A program made the translations under genes and the position numbers. From Ignavibacteriaceae bacterium (lineage in GTDB: Bacteria; Bacteroidota; Ignavibacteria; Ignavibacteriales; Ignavibacteriaceae): a DNA stretch of 64,000 nucleotides. The stretch covers positions 1,447-65,446 of the forward strand of contig JBATOT010000125.1 in assembly GCA_049291095.1 (NCBI GenBank), in the 5' to 3' direction. Every line of letters starts with the position of its first letter. The stretch's first letter is position 1. Under the pieces are notes generated by a model. That model had not been told where the DNA came from. It saw nothing but the letters and a program-made list of their open reading frames with translations, and did no database searches. Shown here one piece after another: positions 7,909-19,000 of the stretch.

Positions 7909-8454
7909 ATGGATGTAAAATCAAAAATAATAGACGCTGAAGGATTTGACCGAATCCTTACAAGAATGGCTCACGAAATTCTTGAAAAAAACAAAGGCTC
8001 ACATAATCTTGTTATAATGGGAATGAGAACTCGCGGTGAGTTTTTAGGTAAACGAATTGTTGAAAAGATAAAACAAATTGATAATGCCGATTTACCTTTC
8101 GGAGTTCTTGATGTAACACTTTATCGTGATGATTTTAGAACAAGATTAAAGCAACCAGAAGTTTCTGTCTCAAACATAACTTTTGATATCAATGAAAAAG
8201 ATATAATTCTTGTTGATGATGTTTTGTTTACAGGCAGAACGGTTCGATCTGCATTGAATGCAATTATGGATATGGGCAGACCTGCTTCAATCCAGCTTTG
8301 CATATTGATTGATCGAGGTCATCGTGAGTTACCAATTCGTGCGGATTATGTTGGAAAGAATATTCCCACATCACACAATGAAGAAATAAAAGTAAAAATT
8401 AAAGAACACGATGGCGAAGATGCCATCTACATAATTGAATCAGAAAAGAAATAA
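7909..8454 (+). CDS. pyrR: Bifunctional pyrimidine operon regulator / uracil phosphoribosyltransferase PyrR
   Basis: PRTase motif ILVDDVLFTGRT, and N-terminus ...KIIDAEGFDRILTRMAHEILEKN typical of PyrR. I prefer the ATG at 7909 to the TTG at 7903, which lies inside the terminator U-tract. Confidence 0.9.
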   Translation: MDVKSKIIDAEGFDRILTRMAHEILEKNKGSHNLVIMGMRTRGEFLGKRIVEKIKQIDNADLPFGVLDVTLYRDDFRTRLKQPEVSVSNITFDINEKDIILVDDVLFTGRTVRSALNAIMDMGRPASIQLCILIDRGHRELPIRADYVGKNIPTSHNEEIKVKIKEHDGEDAIYIIESEKK

Positions 8455-8459
8455 AAAAT

Positions 8460-9380
8460 ATGTCATTATCAAGCCGACATTTATTAGGATTGAAGGATAT
8501 TCCCAAAGAAGATATCCAATTAATATTAGATACCGCAACAACCTTTAGAGAAGTTTTAGAACGACCGATAAAAAAAGTTCCAACTTTGCAAGGAAAAACA
8601 ATTGTAAATCTATTTTACGAAAGTTCTACTCGTACAAGAATCTCATTTGAGCTTGCTGAAAAAAGATTATCAGCAGATTCAGTAAACTTTGCTGTTTCGG
8701 GAAGCAGTGTTAGTAAAGGTGAGACATTGAAGGATACCGTCCGAAATATCGAAGCTATGAAAGTTGATATGATTGTAGTTAGACACGCTTGTGCAGGAGT
8801 TCCGTTGATGCTTACCAAGTTGTCTGATTCAAATATTATAAATGCTGGCGATGGAATTCACGAACATCCAACTCAGGGTTTGCTTGATATGTATTCGATC
8901 CGAGAAAAACTTGGAAAAATAGAAGGATTGAAAGTTTGTATTGTTGGCGATGTTGCTCATAGCCGTGTAGCGCTTTCAAACATTTATGGATTAAAAACTA
9001 TGGGCGCAAAAGTTTCTGTTTGTGGCCCATCAACAATGATCCCAAAATATTTAGATGAGCTTGGTGTGGATGTAATTCATAATATCGATGAAGCGATTCA
9101 GGAAAATGATGTGCTTAATATTTTAAGAATACAACTTGAAAGAAAAGCACGTGAATACTTCCCTTCAATCAGAGAATACTCTAAGTACTTTGGCATTGAT
9201 AGAGAAAGATTAGAAAAAAATGGTAAAGATATTGTGATACTTCATCCTGGTCCTATAAACAGGGGTGTTGAGATATCTTCAGAAATTGCTGATGGAAGTT
9301 CACAAATTATTTTGCAGCAGGTTACAAATGGAGTTGCGGTTAGAATGGCAGTCCTTTATTTACTTGGAACATTAAACTAG
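8460..9380 (+). CDS. pyrB: Aspartate carbamoyltransferase catalytic subunit
   Basis: ATCase motifs are present (FYESSTRTRISFE carbamoyl-phosphate site, HPTQGLLD, HPGP). Confidence 0.95.
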   Translation: MSLSSRHLLGLKDIPKEDIQLILDTATTFREVLERPIKKVPTLQGKTIVNLFYESSTRTRISFELAEKRLSADSVNFAVSGSSVSKGETLKDTVRNIEAMKVDMIVVRHACAGVPLMLTKLSDSNIINAGDGIHEHPTQGLLDMYSIREKLGKIEGLKVCIVGDVAHSRVALSNIYGLKTMGAKVSVCGPSTMIPKYLDELGVDVIHNIDEAIQENDVLNILRIQLERKAREYFPSIREYSKYFGIDRERLEKNGKDIVILHPGPINRGVEISSEIADGSSQIILQQVTNGVAVRMAVLYLLGTLN

Positions 9381-9400
9381 ATAATTAGAAAGCTTTGAAA

Positions 9401-10693
9401 ATGAAATTAGTTTTAAAAAATGTTAACGTATTAAATCCACATCAAAATGTTAACGAAAAGAATGTGAGCATTTTGATTGAAGACGGTAGATTCAAAAATA
9501 TTGGCAAACTAACTGATGCAGAAATGAAAGATGCCAAGGTTTTAGAATTAGATGGAAAGTATATAGTTCCAGGATTTTTTGATATGCACGTGCATTTGCG
9601 TGAACCAGGAAGAGAAGATGAAGAAACAGTTGTAACAGGTTGTAACAGCGCTGCAAATGGCGGATTTACAGGAATCGCATGTATGCCAAATACTGATCCA
9701 GCAATTGATTCTGCTGAAGTAGTAACATTAATAAAAAAACAATCTGCGAATCACTTGGTTGATGTTTATCCGGTTGGCGCAGCAACTGTAGGAAGAAAAG
9801 GTGAAGTACTTTCTCCTATGGCTGAATTAAAAGATGCTGGTGTCGTTGGTTTTTCTGATGATGGAATTGCAATTAAAACTGCTTCAATTTTAAAAAGATC
9901 TCTCGAATATGCTAAGATGTTTGATCTACCGATTATTGAACATTGTGAAGATGAATCTCTTGCAGGTGGAGCAATGAACGAAAGTATTAATTCAACATTG
10001 CTTGGTCTTCCGCCAATTCCTTCTGTTGCTGAAGATTTAATTGTGATGCGTGATATTTTAATGGCAGAATACACTGATGCTAAAGTTCATATAGCACATA
10101 TCAGTTCTAAAAAATCTGTCGAGATGGTTCGTGATGCCAAGAAAAAGGGTATTAAAGTTTCTGCAGAAGTTGCACCTCATCATTTCACTTTAACAGATGA
10201 TGCAGTTAAAACCTATGATCCAAATGTTAAAATGAATCCACCATTAAGAACTAAAACAGATGTTGAAGAAATCATTAAAGCTCTTAAAGATGGAACAATT
10301 GATTGCATAGCTTCTGATCATGCACCGCATTCTTTAGAAGAAAAGGAAATGGAATTTGAGTATGCACCAAATGGAATAATTGGATTGGAAACTCAAATTG
10401 GCTTAGCCTTTACAGAATTATATCACAAAAAAGTCTTAACTCTTGAACAGATGATTGAAAAGCTTTCAATCAATTCGCGTAAAATTCTTAGTCTTCCAAT
10501 TCCAGAAATCAAACAGGGAGAAATTGTTAACTTAACAATTTTAGATATTGATTCTGTTTGGACGGTTGATAAAACAAAATTCAAATCTAAATCATCAAAC
10601 TCTCCATTTGATAAAAGATTATTGACTGGAAAATCAGTTGGAGTTATCAACAAAGGACAAATGTTTTTTGATGGTAAGTTCACGAAGATCTAA
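9401..10693 (+). CDS. pyrC: Dihydroorotase (amidohydrolase superfamily)
   Basis: Metal-binding motifs are present (DMHVHLREPG, ...IASDHAPH). The gene follows pyrB. I prefer the ATG at 9401 to the TTG at 9395. Confidence 0.9.
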   Translation: MKLVLKNVNVLNPHQNVNEKNVSILIEDGRFKNIGKLTDAEMKDAKVLELDGKYIVPGFFDMHVHLREPGREDEETVVTGCNSAANGGFTGIACMPNTDPAIDSAEVVTLIKKQSANHLVDVYPVGAATVGRKGEVLSPMAELKDAGVVGFSDDGIAIKTASILKRSLEYAKMFDLPIIEHCEDESLAGGAMNESINSTLLGLPPIPSVAEDLIVMRDILMAEYTDAKVHIAHISSKKSVEMVRDAKKKGIKVSAEVAPHHFTLTDDAVKTYDPNVKMNPPLRTKTDVEEIIKALKDGTIDCIASDHAPHSLEEKEMEFEYAPNGIIGLETQIGLAFTELYHKKVLTLEQMIEKLSINSRKILSLPIPEIKQGEIVNLTILDIDSVWTVDKTKFKSKSSNSPFDKRLLTGKSVGVINKGQMFFDGKFTKI

Positions 10694-10774
10694 CTAAAAT
10701 TGATTTAGTTAAGTGCTCAGAGATTGTCCATTTTATTATACAACTCATTCAAATAAATAGCTTTTTTATTAAAT

Positions 10775-10804
10775 AATGCCACTTATTTTAGTGGCATTTC
10801 TTTT
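10775..10804 (+). terminator. Rho-independent terminator after pyrC
   Basis: AATGCCAC-TTATTTTA-GTGGCATT followed by TCTTTT. Confidence 0.7.
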
Positions 10805-10848
10805 GGCTCACCTAATCAGAAATCGAAATTATACTAAAGGTGAACAAA

Positions 10849-11661
10849 ATGAAAAAGACAGCATTACTAACAGTTTTAATCGCATCAGCATTTATTTTAA
10901 GCTCTTGCGATATTAATGATTATTACGATGAATATGACTATACTGCTCCAAATCCTCCGACCAACATTCAAGTGTTAAATGGTGATAACAGAGTCGATAT
11001 CTATTGGGATAGAAATCGTGAATCTGATGTTGCAGGATACAATATTTACTTTAACTATACTTATGAAGGTAAGTATGAGTTAATTGGTTCAACGTCCGGA
11101 ACATACTTTGCGGATCTTGAGGCTGTGAACGGTAATAAATATTATTATGCAGTTGCCGCTTATGATTACAATGGAAACGAAAGTGAACTTAGTTATGATG
11201 TAATCTACTCAACACCAAGACCTGAAGGTTTTAATCAATCAATTTTTGATTACATAAGATTCCCAAATAACTCAGGTTATACATTTACTACTTATTCCAC
11301 TGTTCCTTACGATGATCAGGAAACTGATTTCTTCTTCGAACTTTATCAAGGTACAGGTTATATAAGAGTTTATGATGATACAGATATTCAAGATATGGGA
11401 TTGACCAACGATATTTACGATATTCCTTATGCACCTGCAAACGGTTGGAATCCTAACAAAGAAGAGATTGCACAAATTGGACATACATATGTAATCTGGA
11501 CTTATGATAATCACTTTGCAAAGATTAGAGTAAAGAATATAACTTCTGATAGAATAGTATTTGATTGGGCTTTCCAGTTAGTTGAAGGTGAACCACAATT
11601 AAAGCCAGTTGTTAAAGGAATTGGTGAACGTACTTTAAATAAATTACAATTGGCGAGATAG
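10849..11661 (+). CDS. Lipoprotein with fibronectin type III-like domain
   Basis: Lipobox signal peptide MKKTALLTVLIASAFILSSC. FN3-like segment PPTNIQVLNGDNRVDIYWDRNRESDVAGYNIY...YYYAVAAYDYNGNES. I prefer the ATG at 10849 to the GTG at 10840. Confidence 0.6.
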   Translation: MKKTALLTVLIASAFILSSCDINDYYDEYDYTAPNPPTNIQVLNGDNRVDIYWDRNRESDVAGYNIYFNYTYEGKYELIGSTSGTYFADLEAVNGNKYYYAVAAYDYNGNESELSYDVIYSTPRPEGFNQSIFDYIRFPNNSGYTFTTYSTVPYDDQETDFFFELYQGTGYIRVYDDTDIQDMGLTNDIYDIPYAPANGWNPNKEEIAQIGHTYVIWTYDNHFAKIRVKNITSDRIVFDWAFQLVEGEPQLKPVVKGIGERTLNKLQLAR

Positions 11662-11663
11662 TT

Positions 11664-11726
11664 AAGAATTTATTACTTTTGTCGTGGATTTGTACCAGAA
11701 ATTGGAAACGAGCCCACGACATTCTT
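11664..11726. repeat. Palindromic REP-like element (GTCGTGG...CCACGAC with outer AAGAAT/ATTCTT arms)
   Basis: AAGAAT (11664-11669) and GTCGTGG (11681-11687) pair with CCACGAC (11714-11720) and ATTCTT (11721-11726). The element creates the spurious N-terminal extension (MSWICTRNWKRAHD) of the ORF called at 11679. Confidence 0.6.
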
Positions 11727-11732
11727 ATATAT

Positions 11733-12176
11733 ATGAAAAAATATTTTTACATAATAATAATCTTACTTTCAGTTTCAGTTTCCTTTTCTCAAACCTCTAA
11801 TCTTACCAGGAAAACTGAAACAAGAAAAGAATCTCAACAAGAATATCCGATTTTTAAAGAAATTGAAACTGGAATTAAGGAAGCAAAAGTTAACAGAATT
11901 TCAAAATACTTTGGACAGCAAACTTATTTTAGTTTTTCAAATGGAATAAATGGGTACTATAGCAGTAACCAGGCTTTTTATGTTTTGCAAGATTATTTTA
12001 ATCTCTATAAGGTCACTTCATTTAAATTTGATTATATAAAGGCAGATAAAATTAGTGGACATGCTACCGGTAATTATAATTATGATAATAAGGGACAGAG
12101 AAGTACTGCACAGGTTTACATTTCGATAAAAAAAATTGGCAATAATTGGATTATAACTCAATTTACAATTAACTAA
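11733..12176 (+). CDS. Secreted hypothetical protein (possibly DUF4783/NTF2-like fold)
   Basis: Signal peptide MKKYFYIIIILLSVSVSFSQ starting at ATG 11733, which lies after the REP hairpin. The family call is from memory of similar small Bacteroidota proteins and is weak. Confidence 0.45.
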   Translation: MKKYFYIIIILLSVSVSFSQTSNLTRKTETRKESQQEYPIFKEIETGIKEAKVNRISKYFGQQTYFSFSNGINGYYSSNQAFYVLQDYFNLYKVTSFKFDYIKADKISGHATGNYNYDNKGQRSTAQVYISIKKIGNNWIITQFTIN

Positions 12177-15100
12177 TGTTTAAGAAGATAGTCGGAAAAT
12201 TCAAAGGCGATAGGAAATATTTCTCTATCGTCTTTTTTGTTTTAATTCTATTTGTAGTTTCAGGTTTTGTTACTGAATCGGTGATAAATAGTACTAAAGA
12301 TAATTGGGATAACATCTTAATTGATAAAATTTCTAATCTTCAAGAATCAATTGTAAATGATTTTAACATCAGACAAAATGAAATACAAACAAAACTTAAT
12401 ACTGTCAGACAGGATTTAAGAAGTTCTTTAAAACCAGAAAATGAATCGTACAAAGAACTGGTAAAGTTAATTAATAGTGAATCACTTGGTGATTTTTCTA
12501 TTGAAATATTTGCCCCAAATGGTAAACTGATAGCCTGGAACCAAACCATTGCTATAAATCAAGATGAGCTTTTTCCACTCAGCTTTCCTTTAGGTGAAAC
12601 ATATTTTTTCACAAACGACTTGTATACCTATCTATCAATAATCGACACAGCTCATATACAATCAGATATATTTTATATTGCTATTTCAACTCCTATTGAA
12701 GAACATTATAAATTAAATAATCAGTATTCAAAAAATATCAGTTTTAATAATTATCTGATAAGCAAGTATCAAATAGATTTATCAGTCGAATACAATCCGT
12801 ATGCGGAACGTGTAAAGGACGGAAGAAAATTTTCTTTGGAGTTAAGCAACACTAAAGAAAATAAAATTGGTATGTTATCATTTCTTAAACCACAATTAAG
12901 TAGTTCAATAAACCAATTAAAAGAAACAGCTTCTAAAGTTCAATCTTTGTTAATTGTATTAGCTATGGTTTTTATTGGATTTGGGTTAAACAGTGATTTT
13001 AAGAAATTAGATTCATATTTATTTAAATTTATTTTATTAGTGCTTTACCTTGGTGTATTGAGGGCATTGTTTTTTTTCTTTGGATTTCCTTCAAACTTTA
13101 TTAATGGCGTCTTATCAGATTCCTCTTTTTTCTCTTCTCCCTTTGGATGGGGAATTGTTAAGTCTCCGATTGAATTTTTTACAACTATTGTTTTTATCCT
13201 CGTTATTGCATTTCAAGCTTTCAGATACACAAGAAAATATCTTTTTACAGAACAAAAAAATAAATTTGGAATTATTGGGATAACTAATGCAATATTTTTA
13301 TCTGTATTAATATTCCTTGTAATAAGAGGTCTAAGTGCTTCCATACGAAGTGTAGTTTTTGATTCAACAATTCGCTATTTCAAAGAACCAAATATTCTTC
13401 CTGATCTTCCATCACTGGCAATGAATTTGAATTTATTACTTTTATCCTTTGCTGTGATTCTTATAATTAATGGTCTGATAAATCTTATATTAAAATTCTT
13501 AAACATTGATCTGAATAAAAGTGACAGAAAAAAGTTTTTTGCAGTATTATCAATTGTTGCAATAATTATTTGCATATCTTTTTTCATAAGCAAAGATCCA
13601 CTTATAACTCCAGTAATACTTTTAATAATATTGCTTTTATTATTTTTAATATCATTCCAGACACTCATTAAAAATAAAAATTCAAAATATATTTATTTAC
13701 TTATCCTGCTTGTTGGTTCTGTGATTTCAATTGTGTTATTAAATTATTTTAATACTAAGCTTGAAAGAGAATCTTTAAAGACAACAGCTTGGGAAATAAA
13801 CAGAACAGATTCGAATCTTCTTTCTTATATGATTGATGAAACTCTAAGAGGGATAAAAAATCAAAAAGATATCGTGCGAATCTTTGGTGATAAACACACA
13901 AATTATGATGCTCTTGCATTTATAATTTGGGGTAAAAGTTCGATGCAAAGAGAATCTTTGAATTCCGGGATAAAGTTTTATGATAAAAACAAAAAAATAT
14001 TAGGTCAATATTCTATCGGATTAAATGTTGGAGAGGAAATATTTAAGTATTTAAGTGATGATGATGAAATTAAAATTGTTGAATTGAATCCTGAAAATGA
14101 TAATTCAACAAAATATTATTCCGGAATTATTAAAATTGAAGAACGTGGAATAACTCAAGGATATATTTCTGCATTTGTAAGTTTTGATATTAAATCAATA
14201 GATGCCGATAATTTTCCGGATTTTGTGGAATCGAATTTCTCGATATTAAATCGTGTAATTGATGTTAGAAAATTAAAAATATTTCAACTAAATGACATAA
14301 AATTAGATCGTGTTTATGGTGACATTTATCCTTCGCGTGATCAGATTAAACAAATATTGGATACCAAAACTGATAGTACGTTTTATGATGCTTGGTTTAA
14401 GTTAAAGTTTGACACAGAAACTTACGAGGCTTTTTTACTTAAGATCCCAAATGATAAATCATATACATACACAACAGTAGCTGTTGAAGAAAAAGCTTTT
14501 TCGTGGAACCTTTTTAACTTTTTTAAAATATTTATAGTTCATTCTCTATTTATTATTATTGCTTTTATCCTAATTCTTATAAGCAGACTGAAAAAAATCA
14601 ATCCTAGTTTTAAATCAAAATTATTGATTGCATTTTTAGTCATTTCGATAATCCCAGTTGTAGTTTTGGCATTTTATAATACAAAAATAGTAGGCGAAAG
14701 GGCGAGAGAAGGAATATTAAATGAACTAAGTCAAAGAGCAGACTATGTAGAAAAACACCTGACTACTCAATTGGAGAAAAATAAAAACCGGGACATAGTT
14801 ACTGCTTCACTAAATGCAGCAAGAGAGTTAGGTATTTCGTTCTCAATCTATTCTTCAACTGATCAAATTTATAATTCGCAGGATATTTATAATAGAATAG
14901 GGTTGTTTAACAAAAAATTAAACCCAAATGCTTATTATCATCTTAATTATTTAAGATACCAGGAATATGTTGCCAATGAGAAATTAAACAATTACAACTA
15001 TGATTCTTATTTTAGATTTGTCCATTTACGTGATGCGGATTATATCTTATCTGTTAATGATGCTTTTAACAAAATCAGAACATCATTAACTACAACAGAA

Positions 15101-16015
15101 ATTAATGTTGTAATATTTGGAATTTATTCATTTGCAGTAATTATTATCATTGTAATAAGTACGTTTTTTGCTAACCAGATTTCTCAGCCAATTCAAAGAT
15201 TGACCGAAGCTACAGATGCTGTTTCCAAGGGCGATCTGAATGTTAAGATAGATCATAATGAACGCGGCGAATTAAAAGATTTACTCGATGGTTTTAATCA
15301 AATGACATCGGAACTAAAGAAAAATCAAATTGAACTTGCTGAAATGGAAAGGGAAGCAGCCTGGAAAGAAATGGCCAAACAAGTTGCTCACGAAATTAAA
15401 AATCCATTAACTCCGATGAAATTAGCATTACAACAGCTCATAATATCTTATAAGGATAAAAGTAAAGATTTTGATAAACATTTTGAAAAAATTTCTAGCA
15501 CTGTTCTAAACCAGATCGATAATTTAAATCAAATTGCATCGGAGTTTTCACGTTTTGCAAAAATGCCGAGTTTAAAGATTGAATCAATTGATATGCTTTC
15601 ATTGTTGAATGATACAGTGAATATGTTTGTACACGAAAAAACAGTGATACAAGTAAAAACTTCATTAACTTCTGCAATCATTGATGCAGATTTAAGTCAA
15701 CTCCGAAGAATGTTTATAAACTTAATTAGAAACTCAATGCAAGCTAGTGCTGCAAATATATTTATTGAAATTATTGATAATAAAACAGAATATGTAGTAT
15801 TGTTTAATGATGATGGACTTGGAATAAAAGAAACTGAAAAAGAAAAAATATTTGATGATAATTTTACAACTAAAAAGCAAGGTATGGGTTTAGGTTTAAG
15901 TCTTGCAAAAAGATTTATGACAAGTATTAATGGTGAAATAAAATTACAGTCAAGTTCACCCACCGGAACAACTTTTGAACTTATTTTTAGAATAAAATCC
16001 AATAGTACAAACTAG
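12176..16015 (+). CDS. Large multi-TM sensor histidine kinase (HAMP-HisKA-HATPase), no adjacent response regulator
   Basis: 1279 aa. Many TM helices and large non-cytoplasmic segments fill the first 980 aa or so. HAMP (FANQISQPIQRLTEATDAVSKGDLNVKI), H-box VAHEIKNPLTPM, and ATPase N/G boxes (FNDDGLGI, GMGLGLSLAKR). Confidence 0.85.
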   Translation: MFKKIVGKFKGDRKYFSIVFFVLILFVVSGFVTESVINSTKDNWDNILIDKISNLQESIVNDFNIRQNEIQTKLNTVRQDLRSSLKPENESYKELVKLINSESLGDFSIEIFAPNGKLIAWNQTIAINQDELFPLSFPLGETYFFTNDLYTYLSIIDTAHIQSDIFYIAISTPIEEHYKLNNQYSKNISFNNYLISKYQIDLSVEYNPYAERVKDGRKFSLELSNTKENKIGMLSFLKPQLSSSINQLKETASKVQSLLIVLAMVFIGFGLNSDFKKLDSYLFKFILLVLYLGVLRALFFFFGFPSNFINGVLSDSSFFSSPFGWGIVKSPIEFFTTIVFILVIAFQAFRYTRKYLFTEQKNKFGIIGITNAIFLSVLIFLVIRGLSASIRSVVFDSTIRYFKEPNILPDLPSLAMNLNLLLLSFAVILIINGLINLILKFLNIDLNKSDRKKFFAVLSIVAIIICISFFISKDPLITPVILLIILLLLFLISFQTLIKNKNSKYIYLLILLVGSVISIVLLNYFNTKLERESLKTTAWEINRTDSNLLSYMIDETLRGIKNQKDIVRIFGDKHTNYDALAFIIWGKSSMQRESLNSGIKFYDKNKKILGQYSIGLNVGEEIFKYLSDDDEIKIVELNPENDNSTKYYSGIIKIEERGITQGYISAFVSFDIKSIDADNFPDFVESNFSILNRVIDVRKLKIFQLNDIKLDRVYGDIYPSRDQIKQILDTKTDSTFYDAWFKLKFDTETYEAFLLKIPNDKSYTYTTVAVEEKAFSWNLFNFFKIFIVHSLFIIIAFILILISRLKKINPSFKSKLLIAFLVISIIPVVVLAFYNTKIVGERAREGILNELSQRADYVEKHLTTQLEKNKNRDIVTASLNAARELGISFSIYSSTDQIYNSQDIYNRIGLFNKKLNPNAYYHLNYLRYQEYVANEKLNNYNYDSYFRFVHLRDADYILSVNDAFNKIRTSLTTTEINVVIFGIYSFAVIIIIVISTFFANQISQPIQRLTEATDAVSKGDLNVKIDHNERGELKDLLDGFNQMTSELKKNQIELAEMEREAAWKEMAKQVAHEIKNPLTPMKLALQQLIISYKDKSKDFDKHFEKISSTVLNQIDNLNQIASEFSRFAKMPSLKIESIDMLSLLNDTVNMFVHEKTVIQVKTSLTSAIIDADLSQLRRMFINLIRNSMQASAANIFIEIIDNKTEYVVLFNDDGLGIKETEKEKIFDDNFTTKKQGMGLGLSLAKRFMTSINGEIKLQSSSPTGTTFELIFRIKSNSTN

Positions 16016-16018
16016 ATA

Positions 16019-19000
16019 ATGAGTTTACTTACTCCACATCAATCATCAGCACTAAATACTAGTGGCCATATGGCACTTACCGCAAATGCCGGTTCTGGAA
16101 AAACTTTTGTGCTTGCACGAAAGTATCTTGATGCTCTCATCAAAGATAATCTTGATATTTCGGGTGTAGCGGCAATAACTTTTACTGAAAAAGCTGCAAG
16201 CGAATTATACTTAAAAATATCATTGTTGATTGATGAAAAACTTAATGAGTGTGAAAACTTTTCTGAGAAAAAACGATTAGAAAAAGTACGAAGACAGCTT
16301 GTTTCGGCTAACATTTCAACTATACATTCATTTTGTATAAGTATTCTAAGGGATTATCCTGTTGAAGCTCAACTTGATGCCAGATTTGTACCTATCGATG
16401 AAAAATTATCTGAAGAATTAATAGAACTTTCAGTTGAAGAAATGATCCGTTCATCTTTTGATGATAAAATGCTTAGTGAAGAACTAAAGTATTTAATAAG
16501 AATATTATCATCAAAATCTAAACTTCAAAATCAAATTGTAAAACTTATACAGAATAGAAAAAATGTTTATACCTTGCAAAAAAACTTATATTCCTCAGAT
16601 ATAAAATCAATTGCAGAATATTTTTCTAAAATCTTTGAAGATAGTTTTATTAATATCTGGCAAAAAAAAGAAAAAGATTTTATAAAGGCTATGCAGATTA
16701 TCAATTCACAAGTGCTCAATGATGATAATTCTAATTCAAGTGCACTTGAGATTCAATCAGAGTTAAATTTGATTGATAACCAAGTTGATATTAGCCTAAT
16801 TCTGAAATCTTTTGAAAGAATAAAACGACTTGCATTTACAGATAAATTAACAATTAGAAAACGCAGCTATTTATCAAATGATTCAGTTAAATTATTGGCA
16901 AATCAAATACGCAAAGTTGAATCAATATTAGATGAATTTAAAAATATTGAATTTCATGAAGACTTTAGTGTTGTTGAATTGGAATTAGCAAAGTTTGGTA
17001 AAACTCTCTTATCATTTTTTGATTTTGCGATTAAAAATTATGAAGCCAAGAAACGTCTTGATGGATATATTGATTTTGAAGATATATTATTACACACAAA
17101 ACTATTACTTCAAAATTCTGAAGTACAAAAGAAACTTGTAGAAAAATTTAAGTTTATTATGGTTGATGAATTTCAGGATACTAATGAAATTCAATATCAA
17201 ATATTTTTGCCAATTCTTGATCACCTAAAAGGTGGTAAATTATTTATAGTTGGAGATGAAAAACAGAGTATCTATAAATTTCGTGATGCAGAGATCGAAA
17301 TATTTAATCGTACTAGAAATGATATTAAAAAATCTGTAGGCTTTTCTAATCTTTTAGTGCTGCCTGATAGTTTTAGGATGGCACCAAATATTTGTGTTTT
17401 TTGTAATTATATATTTAAAGAACTTTTTAATGAACCTGATGAACAGTTTGGTGAGGTACCGTCTACAGATTTAGTCTGCGCAAGAATTGATGATGTAAAA
17501 GGCAAAGTACAATTCCTGGTTTCAATAACAAATGGGGATAATGATTCAATTACCGAGAGTGAATTAATTGCAAGAAAAATTTTAGAGATAATAAACGAAG
17601 GATTATATTCGTTTAAAGATATCTCAATTCTTGTTAGAAAAAGAAAACACTTTAATGACTTAGAAAAAATATTTATTAAATACAAAATTCCTTATACAAT
17701 TATTGGTGGCCGTGGTTTTTACCAAAGACAAACAATTTCAGATATTTATAATTACTTATCTTTTTTAGCCGATAAAAATAACAACAAAGCACTAATTGGA
17801 ATATTACGTTCACCATTCTTTAATGTTTCAGATTCAAAGATATATCAACTATCACTGGGGCAATCGAAAAATTATTGGGCAAAACTGAATAATGTTGAGG
17901 ATGACAATCAGATAAGGACAATTTGTAATATACTAAAAGAAAATCTAGCTCTGTGCAGTTCTATGAGTTTGCCTCAATTGATATATAAAATTATTACTGA
18001 TACAAATTATCTTTTGGTATTATCAGCTAGAAATGATGGTGAACAAGAAATAGCTAATATTACAAAACTTGTTAATATTGCTAGAAATTTTAATGCTTCA
18101 GGATTTAGAAATCTTTATGATTTTCTTAGTTACTTAAATGATTCTATCGAAAATCAAGCTGATGAATCGCAAGCAGGAATATCATTGAATAATAATGCAG
18201 TACAAATGATGACAATTCATCAATCAAAAGGACTAGAATTTCCGATTGTTTTTCTAATTAGGACTGATGAAAGCGGATTATCAAGCTCAATAAAATCCGG
18301 AGAAGTTAAAGTTGATAAAAAATATGGATTATTAACCAAAGTACCGCTTAATCAAAATTATTTTGAAGATTATCATTCTGCTCCCATTACATTTTTACAT
18401 AATTATTATGAAGAAAAGAAAAGTAATGCTGAGTTAAAACGACTTCTTTATGTTGCCCTTACACGAGCTAAAGATGAATTGTATATTTCAACTACAATTA
18501 AAAAGGATGCATCTTTTAAGAAAGATTCATTTATAAATCTTTTAAGCAGGGGAATAAAAAATGATCTATTATCAAATGAAGTATTAATAACGGATAATTT
18601 AGAATATTTAAAATTGGATGATAATCATTACAAGAATATCAGAAATAGTGTTGAGTTAAAAATTCCTATTATATGTGAAATTGAAAATGTTATTTATACG
18701 CAAAGCACAAATTTGGAAAAAGAATATGATATTGAAATTAATTTATCATCTATATCTACTCCTGAGAAAGGGGAGATTATTTCTGCATCCAAAGTATCAA
18801 TCTACAATCAATGTCCTCTAAAATATATACTCACGTATGATTATGGTTTTAGCAAACTTAATTCGGAATATAAAACCTACTATCTTCAACCCAGTAAGGG
18901 TTATTCAAATGATTTTACAGAGCATGAAGAGGATCATTCAGATGATAGATTCATAACCTTTGGAAGTAAAATGCAAAACAATGATAGTGCTTTGTATGGT

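Noticed and set aside
10792-10807. Sigma-54-like motif TGGCATTTCTTTTGGC upstream of the FN3 lipoprotein gene
   Set aside because: The -12 element reads TTGG in the correct register, and the GC is displaced by one nt. The sequence is also the descending arm and U-tract of the pyrC terminator hairpin.
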